From: Sarea resinae
Lineage: Eukaryota
Length of the DNA stretch: 36,532 nt
Reading direction: 5' to 3'
Assembly (NCBI GenBank): GCA_026026165.1
Contig: JAPEUD010000039.1
Coordinates: 186,001-222,532 of the forward strand
Below the pieces are notes generated by a model, which saw only the letters and a list, made by a program, of their open reading frames with translations, was not told the DNA's origin and did not search any database. The position numbers and the translations under genes are program-made. This document shows, piece by piece, positions 21,773 through 32,929 of this stretch (position 1 is its first letter; every line of letters begins with the position of its first letter).

Positions 21773-24700
21773 ATCTCGTCAGGACCTCTAGACTTCTCGA
21801 CCACCTCTCCGGATCAGAACCATCCCACCTCTCCATATCAGAATCACCCCGATTGCGGTTTTCACCTGCCCGCTCAGCTGCGTAAACCAACGGCGTCTTC
21901 CCCAAAAAGTCTTTTTGATCAGGCCGGACCCTCGTTTGCTGCAAGAGATATCTCAGTGCGTCATATGTGACAGAACCGTTGAGTGCAGCGTGATGTAAGA
22001 CCGTTCGTCCCTGCGCGTCCAGCACCGCCAGATCGGCGCCGAACGTTCGCAGCCTATCTAGGATACTCAATCGAAATCTCGGCCCATTGGCACATAAGTG
22101 AGCAAGGCTCAGTCCATCGTTGTTTACGGCCGAGACATCGGACCCGCTCTGAAGCAATAGAGTGCAAATGTTTTCGTCGATCATAGAGTCAGACGTGATC
22201 AGGTAGGCAGCGAGAGGCGAGTTTCCGTCGCTATCTCTGTCCCGAGGGTCGACCCCCCTATCTAGAAGAGCCAGAACTGCTGTGATAGCGGGGAAAGGAG
22301 GGTGAGTCAATATATGATGCAGTGCATTCCTTCTGTAATCGTCCGTTGATGTCGATATATCAACATCGTCGAAGTCATTGACAGCATCCGCATAGGCTCT
22401 CAATACGGCTAATATTGTCTCCTCATCTCCACTTCTTGCGGCGCAGAGTAATGCGTTTAGTCCATCCTCATCGACGTGTAGTAAGCCAGCACCGTGGCTG
22501 AGAAGCGCGTGTACTGATGCGGAGTCACCCAAAAGACAGGCAAGGTGCAACGGACGGCGTTTCTTTGCGTTCTGAGCAGAAACATCGGCGCCTTTCTTGA
22601 GTACTTTGCGGACAATCAGAGCACAGTGTGGAGTGCTGTAGGGCGCATAATGCAATGCTGAGTCTCCGTTACTGTCTTGCAAGTTGACATCAGTCTTCGG
22701 ATTTCTCAGTAGCTCATCAATCACCGAGTTCCGCTCGTCGATAGAGCAGATCATGGATTGATAGTCCATCCAACTGTCGGCATATTCTGGCCCTTGTAAA
22801 ACCTTGGCAAGCGCAAGATGTAGCGGCGTTTCTCCATGACAGGAGATGGCATTTGGGTCTGCGCCGCATTTTAGGAAAACCCGCACCATTTTGAGATTTC
22901 CCCTCAATGCTGCATAATGCAAGGGCGTAAGTCCTCGCGTGCACTGACAATTGAAGCTTGGTGTTTCGTCTGCACGGCCATGCTCGAACCTCAGCCTGCT
23001 CAAATGTCTCTCCGCTGTCCTTGCCTGCCTGTGGACACCTATATCTACCGGCACACCATTTTGGATGAGCAACTCTGCGATGTCCTGCCGACTGAACCTA
23101 ACAGTAGAATGTAGTGGGGTCATGTTGTCAATGTCTATCAATTTTATCGGGGCACCGAGCATGAGAAGCGTCCTGACAGTTCCCAAATTGCAATTCGGAG
23201 TAACGATCGCGTAGTGTAACAGGCCTTTTTGCAAGTTGTCACTGAGTTTGGGGTTAGCGCCATAAGTCAGCAGGATTTGAAGTGTTTCTGTCTGTGCTTG
23301 TGCTACCGCATATGACAGAGGGGTCCTTCGACCATGGTCTTGCGAGTCCAGGTCGACTCGGCCGGTGTCCACCAGTAGCTTCACTACCGCCTGGTGACCT
23401 CGCTCGGCCGCATAAGACAGTGGCGTCCGACCCCTATTCCAAAACCCAGTGGACTTTGAATCCGGATCGACGCCTTTTGCGCCGAGCAGCTTCTCCACAA
23501 TGGCTGTGCTCCCTCTTCCCGCAGCCCACGACAGTGGCGTCCGACCATATCTTGCGTCTCTGGCTTCAGGATCAATCTTTCCAGTGTCAAGCAACAGCTC
23601 GACGACAGCATCTTGACTGTACATTGCAGCTCTCAATAGCGGTGTCTGGCCGAATTCATCTCTAGCCTCTGGGTCAACGCCATCCAAAGTGAGAAGGAGC
23701 TTGGTAGCGGCTAAGTGCCCCTTCCCAGCAGCGATGGATAGCGGAGTTTGATCTGACTTGTCCCTCGAATTGGCATTGAACGTGTCCTGGTTAGAGAGCA
23801 AGGCGATGATGTCATCATGGCCCTCTTTTGCTGCCCACAATAGAGGCGTTCGAAGATCAGAATCTTTGACGTTCATGTGGTGGCCACGCGCCATTAAATC
23901 CGTCATGGCTTTTTCGAGTCCAAAGTGGGCCGCTAAATGAGACCCGGTAGTTTGTCGGGGAAATTCTTGGCTGTAATTCTCCTGTGATGAGTCGCGTTTA
24001 GCAGCCTTAAGAGCTTGAATCGACCCCGCCACCTTTGGATTGCTTTCCAGAAACTCGATGATAAGCTGACTAGCTAGAGAGACGTTACGGGCATGGTGCC
24101 CCCAGTGGAGTGCGGCATAGTCATAGAGCTGAAATGACTCCAATCGGTCCTCAAACTCTTCGTCTGTTTGACACGGTCCCCTTTCAAACGCGTGAAACGA
24201 AAGGTAGGTCACACAGATCGTTGCAATACTAGCCTGGGCGTTCGGAAACCAAGTCTTTTGTGTTCGCTCAAAGTATTCTTGCGTCGTATAATGGACTAAG
24301 CGGATAACTTTGCTTTCTTCGTCGACAGTGACTAGCCCGGCACACACAGAGACTATATCTTCAAATTCGGCGACATTGTCCTCGCCGAACTCGGTATCGC
24401 CAAGCTCTACTGCGAGCGCATGTTGAAGTTCCACTGTAGTTAGTGGCCTCTTTGCGCAGGTGATCCAGCATAGGACCTGCTTAGCAAGTTCTTCTTGGTC
24501 CTTGACTTGTCCTTCAATTCGCTCCATTGCATCTTCGTACGCATGGTCATATGCCTCGGAACCGGTCGGCAATGATTTCAGAGCCACCCGAATAGCTCTC
24601 GGGGCCCTCTTTCCCATGAGCGAATTCAGGTGGAGTTGTGCGAGAAGAAACCTAGATCAACTTTAATGTCGCGGTTCGCTCTGTGTAGGGAGAAAGCATA

Positions 24701-26034
24701 TACATTCCATCGACTGCGCTTACGATCTCAGATTGGATTTCTTCCTGCAGTTCTCGATTTCGGATTACAAAACCCGGCAGGTGAAACATATGGTCATTCA
24801 AATATCGTCGGACATCGCCTTCACTCGCACGGATCTCCAACGACATGCACCCCTTAAAGTTCTCTTGGATCTCTGGGATGAGCCTTGAAGTTGCAAAGAG
24901 GTTCACTTCGTACTGGGCCTGGAGGCGGGTCAATTCCGACAGAAAATTCGTTCGACAGCCGCCTTTTACCTCACACTCGTCTAGCGCGTCGACGATGATG
25001 AAGACTCGAGAATACGAATCAATCACAGAACGAAGAGTTTTTGAGATTTCTCCAATCAATGGTCGTGACCGTTTGTCTCCATGATAATCGTAGAGATCCT
25101 TCACTTCTTGTGGCAATGAAGGTTGGCCTTCAGCTAGCTGTTTCAACAGACTAGTCAATAAGTCATAGAGCTTTTGCTCGTCTTTCCGCCGAAAGTTACA
25201 GTAGATGTACGCGATGCCTATATCCGGATCTCCGGAGATCTGCTCAATAAGGTCGCCAATGACGATGGCGGTAAGGATCGTCTTTCCCGCACCAGGAATG
25301 CCAGGGCAGAACAGCGTTCGTTTGCTGCTCTTCAGCCACTCTTGATATTCTGCCGAGTCAAGAAGCCACTGGCCTGTTCCCTCTTGTCGCCGGCTGATGA
25401 AGTCATTCTGCTGAGGCATGTAGTCGATCGGCGTAAGCCAATCGAGGATTGTCAGTCGCTCTTGATCATCTTGTCGTTGATTGAGTCGATCCACGCCTTC
25501 TCTCGTTCTGAGATGTATTTGACTGCTCTCATTCAGATCCCGGACGAAGGTTCACGCCATAGAAACCTACCTGGATATTCCTCCAAGGAACGTATTAAGC
25601 ATTGCGACATTTGCCGTGATCCGATTTCGAAGCTCACGGATATCCTCTGGCTCCAAGTTCAGTCGGTTCCAAAACCTCTTTACCTTTCTACTCAAGCTCC
25701 CACGACTTGACTCCGGTTCTCCATGCAGGTCTAGCATCTTTTTCAGCTCCTCCTGGACATGTCGACAGCTACTCGAGATTTCCCGCAGGTCTGTATTTTG
25801 GTCCACATTGAGCACGTTCTCAGCCAGAAGGACAACATCCACATATTGGAGGACAATCGAGAGACTCCTCATGCTATTCAATGAAGTAGTCAGCAGCTAT
25901 CAGAAGTAAGGTCGCGTGACGCACTGATGAGCGATGTCGTCGAGCTGCCGTGGCGCGACCTCGAAATCCTTCCGGACCTTTTTCGCCAGTGCGACAACCG
26001 CGATAAAGTCGCCGAGACTGAATCCAAAGCTCAT
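21753..26034 (-). CDS. Fungal NLR-like protein: HeLo-like/SesA-type N-terminal domain, NACHT NTPase, winged helix, ankyrin repeats
   Basis: ATG 26034 [24 protein letters not shown]; three in-phase introns. Walker [11 protein letters not shown], Walker [12 protein letters not shown], spliced [23 protein letters not shown] and [12 protein letters not shown]. Many ankyrin repeats ([39 protein letters not shown]). Stop at 21753. Confidence 0.95.
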
Positions 26035-26242
26035 CCTGACCTCTGTAACCTGGTCACCACCTCTGTCGCTATCTGCTCTTCGTTCAGCCTTGTAAGCCTT
26101 GCGAGATAATGAGAGGTCAACGGTGGGGTATCCTGCAGGGTCGCTTCGAAGCACAGCCCCAGCCAAAGTACAAAGTACTAATCATGGTTTGGTGTTAGCT
26201 ATTACTTGGAGAAAACTTTTGACGTGAGATATTCCACTTGTT

Positions 26243-27422
26243 TCAAACTATTGATTCTATCTTACACGTACGCCAGAACGCCCAGGCTACCGCGAGACTA
26301 AACTTTAATACTGCAGCAAGCAACAAAGCGGATCCCATCCCAGCGCCCCTGGTTAACCAGCCTCCAACAACAGCGCCAGCGAAAAAGGCCAAGGCGGCTG
26401 CTATCCTACAATTCCGTAAGTTGTGCTCCTTCCATTTTGCTGTAAAGAGTCGAGTATCAGCCATCAGGTCGCAGTAGAGAGTTGTGAGGACCACGGTCGG
26501 GATGTCGTGAAAAGCAAGTATGCGACTTGTGATACACTGTCCGGCGCTTTGAAAAGCGAGGAGGCCGATCGGAATCAACTGTAGCCAGTGGATTGGGGCA
26601 CTGACCCCATTGCCATCTTTTGCGCTGGGCACAGCCCTCGTTTCTTCAAGCGTGGCACATACAAATGTCAAAATCGATTGGAGGGCAAAAGACAAGAAGA
26701 GGGTGCCTCGACGGAGGGGACCAAAGGCGCGGTAGCATCGACTGAAGAAGAGCGAGCCGGCGAGAAAACAGCCTACTGCAAGAAGAGCTTTGGCCCAGCG
26801 TTTTGACACATTGTCTGGATGAGTGGCGGTCCCTAGCCCAACAAATACAGTGTTGCCTGTACCAGGTTTCAGTAATGCGCGGACCGGGAGCAGATGGCAG
26901 CAACTGACCGCTTTGCATCGATACGAAACAGCCCCATCCCTTGAAAGCGATACTATCGATCAGCCCACTGAGGAAGCAGGCTACGAACAGCACAAATTCG
27001 GTTCCCTCTCTGTCGACCTCTTCCTGCAGGTGAAACTTGAGCCTTTGGAAATAGCGCGCGTATGTGGAGCGTGGAAGCGCCGTCACGGTTGCCGGAACGC
27101 TGGCAGGTTCACCGACGATTGATGAAGACGTCGTCTCAGAGTCAGAGGTGAAGACGGTTGGCAGAGTCTTCTCGTCGCCGTCATGGCCAAGCTCGGACAC
27201 AGTCTTCGGCTCTATGGCAGATGCCGGGGACGCTTTGCCGACAGTATCTTCGTCGGCATCGAAAGACAGACGAGAATCATGATATTGAGATTCGCCTCCA
27301 CCAGTCGTCTGTATCGTGATCTGATTGATACGCTCTTTCTGGCACTTAGAGTCGCCGCGATGATCACTGAAGTTTTCGGCGTAATTTATAGAGTCATGTT
27401 CGATAAAAGACATCTTCGTCAT
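26243..27422 (-). CDS. DUF1275 (YoaK-like) multi-pass membrane protein
   Basis: CFLSGLIDSIAFKGWGCFVSMQS|GNTVFVGLG across one intron (about 26908-26857), then LLAFQSAGQCITSR and IPTVVLTTLYCDLMAD. Long Ser/Thr-rich N-terminal tail. Confidence 0.9.
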
Positions 27423-28436
27423 CCGTTCAGATCAGAGATGGCACTAACAACAGCCCGATATCTCCACACAAAGATAGTATTGATCATTACGAAAATATCC
27501 GGTAATGCCCTACATATACTCGCTCTGTCCGAGCTGTTCGCTGATAGCGAACCCTTGGCTGTGTCACGGTCGGAGAAGAGATATAGAAGTATCTCCTTGG
27601 CAATAAACAAATAGCTACCCAATATTGATGACGCACGCACATTCCAACCGCCAAGGACCGCCAAGCCGAGATCTGTTACACCTGGTCCCGAGATCTAGAC
27701 TCTTGGCTACCTCGCGAAGTCTATATCAACATCTTGGCAATCCCTCCCGCAGCCATGGATGCTCTTGGCGGCCGCTTTCTCGGGCCCCGGTCGGAGTGCC
27801 GGAGAACGAAAGCTCTCAGCCTGCCTGTTCCGAGATGCCGGCATGATAGGGATGACTGCCATTCTGGCAGACTCTTGATTACGACGCCCTTGGGGCTCAG
27901 CTGCCAAGCCAGCGAATGACCCGAGCGCAACAATGTTTGGTCTTCACACGATGCATTAATTCATGGGAGCACATTACCATTCTGTCTCCTTCACTAGCTT
28001 AAAACTCTCGACGATCATAGTATCCCAAGGCCAATGATGATACGCCACGCTTTCAGCCCTTCCTATCACGAGGCAAAAGAGCAACTCGACCAGCGTACGG
28101 ACCGGCCCGACCTGTGTCAATCATGTACTCGGTCGGAGTCCATCTCTTGTCAAGAAGCATTCAACACGGGAATGCCCGTCTTATTTACACTCAGAAACAA
28201 GGTATGGGCTTCAATGTCGGAGAACCCTTCCGTCGTTGACGTCTTGGTGCTACCGCTAGTGGAAAACATCTCTTGTGAAGGATACTGATTAAGCCCTATA
28301 GCAATGGAATTTAGAAGAAAACAACAACGTCAGCGGATAGCTCGATTGTATAGCGGAGGGATCATTTTGAATCGCCATCCCTTGATCATTCGATCACAGG
28401 CTCTAAATGGCCACCTTCGCTCATACAGTCATTTGA

Positions 28437-28760
28437 TCAGTCAATGGCCAGCGGCTTATCGACCTCAAATGGAACTCGAAACACCGCTATCTTCTTATCA
28501 ACTTGCCCGAGCGATCGTGAGAATTCATTCACCTTCTCCACTTGTCTCTCTTTATTATCTAACTCTAACGCTTCCTATACTTGCTTGAACTTCTCTTCTT
28601 ATTCTGTCGTTAGATGCAGCAATTCGGTCGCTTCCTTTAGCTTCTTATCTATCTCCTCTAATGCTTGAGTCTCTGGTGCGTCGAGTGCCTCTAATGCTAG
28701 CGTCTAAGATGCTGGCGTCTTAGATACCTCTAATGCCTGCGTCTTTATAGTACACTAACC
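28437..28760 (-). pseudogene. Partly RIP-mutated fragment resembling the N-terminal half of a telomere-linked helicase (TLH)
   Basis: Reads KLKEATELLHLTTE*EEKFKQV*EALELDNKERQVEKVNEFSRSL with TAA/TAG stops. Aligns by eye with LKDTNKLLYLIVEQNKRL*AI*ELLKLDSNKSL*VN*VLTFL*AL in the + strand relic near 33950-34080. Upstream extent (possibly to about 29.3 kb) is unclear. Confidence 0.55.
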
Positions 28761-29962
28761 TTGCCTATCTCTATTAACAACTAGAGTTAAACTTAAACTC
28801 TAAAAGTATATACTCTTTCTAACAATTATAATTAGTAGAAATGATTTAGCGAGAGTAGAACTCTAGTAGTACAACTATATGTTTAAGGTTAGATGTTTTT
28901 TTTTAGGTTAGATAACTACACCTATATCTTAAGGTTTTAAACAATAATATACTAAACTAAGATCTTCTTAATCTTTCTATCTAATTAGAATTCTAGAATT
29001 CTTACTAGATAGTTATATATTAAGGATTTAAAAAAAGGGTTTATAGATTCTAATGTTTTATTAGGGTAACTAGGATTATTAAGCGAATTCAAGCGAATTT
29101 TAAGTATTTTATACCTCTAAGATATTCTAAAACATCTTTTTAAAATACACTTAGATCTTTAAAGATTCTTTTATAATCTTTTACACTTATAAAATATCCT
29201 TAAATACTCTTATAAAAGGCTTTACAAATCTCTATATAAAAGGCACTATATTAGTAAAGTGTAAATAGCGCAGTATACTCTAGCCTTATAGTAATACTTA
29301 GTTATAGTATTAAAGAGTTATATATCTATATAGTAACACTAATTTACTAGGAATTAGTGTTTAGTATAATTATAAAGTTAGTACCTACTAGCAATTATTA
29401 TTAGCATTAGTTATATATTGCTATATAGGTGCTAGTAATATATAGCTGCTTTATAGTAGTTATTATTAGTATTACAGCCTACTCTACTATAGCTAGAAGC
29501 TTAGTAAGCAGTCTAATAATTCTAAACACTCTACTAATATAGTAGTAGACTAGGTAATTAGCTACAATAAATACACGCTATATAATAAGGACTTTTAATA
29601 CTCTACTAAGATAGAGTTATTATAAACAACGTTAAGATAATAGCGTCTAAATATAAAGGCAAGGCTAAAGAGCCTATTCTTAACTAGATTACTAATTAAT
29701 TACTAGACTAAATATAGTAAGAGTATAACGCTAAAGAGTAGCAGGCTTAATATTATTAACTCTAAAGAGAGATAGCTTAGTTCTATATAGAACAGCAATT
29801 ATAAGCACTTATATTATATTCTGCTGCTGCAATAAAAAGCCTAGCTCTACATCTAAAAGTTGTAAGTACAGCTATATATCGCTACTACTAGGACAAGCAA
29901 CAAAACACTTAGAATTATAGAACCTTACACTCTTAAATCCTAACCTATCTTATTCCTTTCCT

Positions 29963-30934
29963 CTAAAATTCTGTATCTATACTCTTAGTTAATGTTATTC
30001 TTAGCCTCTTTCCTTTTAACATTCTTCTCTTCTCTTACCTTATAGCCTTCTTAAAAGCTTTAGGCAATAGGTACTAAATAAGCTTGTTATTATGTTTAGA
30101 TAAAGAAGAAAACTACTCTGCCTTAATATCCTCTAGGACTTTTTACATCTTCGCTCTAGTCTTATTCTCTGCTAGATAAAGTCTTTCTAGAAGTTTTAAG
30201 TCTGTATTTAGCTGCTTTGCAAGCAGCTCCTACTTATATCTCTCTATAAGCTTTCTAATGCTATTATAGCACGTTTTATTCTAATCAGTGTATGTTTTAA
30301 TTTCAAAAATAATCTGATTACTTATTAGACCTAGTATTGCTGCCGCCTTTTCTACATCCTCTAGCTATTAACCTAGCTTTTTACAACAAGCTCTATTATA
30401 TTGTCTTAGAGAGTCTTGTTTTTCTTTCTCTATCTAGACTTTGTAGGCAATGTCTTGCTAAGTAAGAGACTTTTCTTTAGCCTATATTATCTTAGAAAAC
30501 TTAGGGCTTTTTAGCTTAGTGAGCTAAAGAGCAAAATAGTCGCTATATTAGAGGAGGAATCTAGTGTTAATAAAATCTTTAATGTTCTTAATAAGAGCTT
30601 AACACAGGCTATCTAGTCCTTAAACCTTATCCTAATTAGATTAAAGAACCTCTCTAGTAGCTTAGATATCTAATTAAAGTTCCTCTTTTTGTTTAGGCGC
30701 TAGATCTTTAGCAGTTAAGAGCTTAGCGCACTTTCTTTTAATAAGTTCTATAAAAGTTCTTATCCTTAGTAAGATAAGCCTTATCTTAAGCGCTTGTTTA
30801 ACATGCTTAATACGCTTCTTTATACCTTTATTTATTATTAGGCCACTTAGGAACTGTCTAAATAGGCTGCTTAGAGCTAGATTAAATAGGCTTTTAAATT
30901 AGGCCCTTGCTCTTTAGCGACAGACTAGCAGCAT
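29963..30934 (-). pseudogene. RIP-inactivated gene of unknown function (about 320 codons)
   Basis: One continuous frame from ATG 30934 broken only by TAA/TAG: KSLT*QDIAYKV...LEDVEKAAAILGL...IIFEIKTYTD*NKTCYNSIRKLIERYK*ELLAKQLNTDLKLL...KVLEDIKAE*FSS. The end is approximate. Confidence 0.65.
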
Positions 30935-31546
30935 TATTTCTATCTTAGTTCTAAAGAGTATATATAGCTGAAATTCGCCTTTCTACTCTATTCTTTTTAA
31001 CTGTTAGCGTTTATTTCTTAGTTATATAGAGTTAAGAATGCTATTTAACTTACTTAGAGGACAAACTTACTTAGAGGATAAGAAGAGCAATAATGCTGTT
31101 ATAATGCTGTTAAAAGTTAAGGATCTAACTCTCTAGTAATACTTAAGCGTGTAGATTATTGCTATTGCTGTTGCTGTTGCTATCGCTATTGCTATCTTAA
31201 TCCTTTTTAGCCTATATACTAACAGTCTCTATAGCCTTCTATAAGGCTTTAAGGGAATTAGAGCTCTAAAGAGATTTTCTTATAGCTGTTTTAAGAGTTG
31301 CAAGCAGTGGTTCTAGTCGCAGTGTAGCTAGCAAACTGTTGCTAAGAAAGATAGTTTAGGTAATTCTTAAGAGTAAAGACAAGTGAGTTTAGAGTAAGAT
31401 CTTTCTTTGCTAACAATATAGGCAAAGAAAGCAGTTTAATAGAGAAAGAAGAAGAGAGCTTAAAGAGTTATTAAATAGTTAGGACTAATACAATAGCGCT
31501 ATATCTTTACTCTTTAATTGTTCTGCTAGTGACTTAGTCTATCTCT

Positions 31547-31800
31547 CTACACCTTTGCATGTAATAGATCTATTACTCTACACTTCTTTAAGCAATAGAT
31601 AAATTGTACTACACTTCTCTAAGCAATAAGCAATTTGCACTACACTTCTTAAAGCAATAGATTTATAGCACTTCACTTTATTTAGCAATTACATTAATTG
31701 CACTAGACTTTATTAAGCGACAGATCTTTGTAACAAAACTCTTAAGCAATAGATCTATTGCATTTAGCTTCTTTAGGTAATAGCATTAGTTACACTACAC
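31547..31800. repeat. Degenerate minisatellite, about 8 units of 30-32 bp
   Basis: Units such as ctacacttctttaagcaatagataaattgta / ctacacttctctaagcaataagcaatttgca / ctacacttcttaaagcaatagatttatagca. Confidence 0.85.
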
Positions 31801-32929
31801 TCTTTTTAGTGAGTGTTGTTGCTGTATAAGGATAAACCTTAATAGGTAGCAGTTTTTATATATATACCTAGATAGATAGGCCTAAGAGAACTCTCTCTTT
31901 AAGCAGCCTTATATTGCTACTACTCTATAGGTCTAATTATCTCTCTTAATTCTTATCTCTTTCTGCTTTTTAGATATTAATTAAGTTATAAAGGAAGTTA
32001 GCTTAAACCTTTATATGTTTATATATCTGCTATTAGTGTAAGAAGAGCTATTATTAACAGCTACTCTATAGTCTAGCTGCACCTATATATAGAGGTATTA
32101 TTACACGCTAGCAAAAACACTATAGCAAGGTATATAAAGAGATATACCTAGGTTGTAGTACTTGTATATAGAGGTATAAGGTACAGTTAGACCTAACTAT
32201 ATTGCAGCCTGTAAAGACACTGTCTTCTTATTAATTTTCGCTGATCTTTACCTCTTTAAGGCATTAAAGCAAGCCTAAGCAAGAATTAACAGTGTTTTTA
32301 TAACAGTGTTTTTACACCTGTTAAAAAGCGCTCTCTACTTACTAACCTAACTACTTTAATAGCTGCCTTAATCCTTACCTACACACCTACTCTTTATTTG
32401 TTTAATTGCTAGCCTACTAGCGTTAATTTCCTACCCTTAGAGTTGCCTTATCCTTTAGAGTTACTTAGGGTTAGAGGTATTAAGAGGTGATTACAGCTAG
32501 CTAAGGCAGACTAACAACGCACTTTACCTCTAGCGCTACTTATACAACGCTTAAAGGAAAGGAGAAGGCTTGCTTATATCTAATCTAGCAGCCTTTTAAA
32601 GATTAAACTTCTAGATAGTCTAGAAGAAAAAGCTCTCTATATATATACACTGCACCTACCTAGCTTGCTAGCTATTTAGCTAGCCTAGCTAGTAAAATCT
32701 ACTAGAAGAGTTTAAGTATTACTTAGAGTTAAAGAAAGAGGATTAAGAGGTTTATTATAGTAAGTTATAGTATACTAACTACACACTTTACCTATAGCGC
32801 TACTACTACTCTTAATAACTAGTAGTAGTAGTAGTAGTAAGTAGTGTAAGAATAAGAGTAATAAGAGCAGTAAAAAGAGTAAAAGAAGTAGTAAGAGAGA
32901 TTAGAGTTAAGATTAAGATTAAGATTAGG

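Noticed and set aside
21374..21970. 198-aa plus-strand ORF as a real gene
   Set aside because: TTG start, and it is the antisense shadow of the NLR tail and the minus-strand small ORF.
25900..26034. Amyloid signalling motif at the NLR N-terminus
   Set aside because: The N-terminus is a helical HeLo-like domain; I see no G/N/Q-rich HET-s, PP or sigma-type motif and no adjacent effector with a matching motif.
27419..28300. Short ORFs upstream of DUF1275, including one whose stop overlaps its ATG
   Set aside because: Mostly non-ATG starts and no recognisable motifs; most likely promoter/UTR sequence.
31547..31800. CRISPR-like array
   Set aside because: Units are contiguous degenerate tandem copies with no unique spacers; the context is eukaryotic and there are no cas genes.
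32465..32477. Interstitial telomere remnants (ttagggttagagg here, similar near 29061 and 34770-34795)
   Set aside because: At most one perfect repeat each, and RIP generates TTAG words in abundance.
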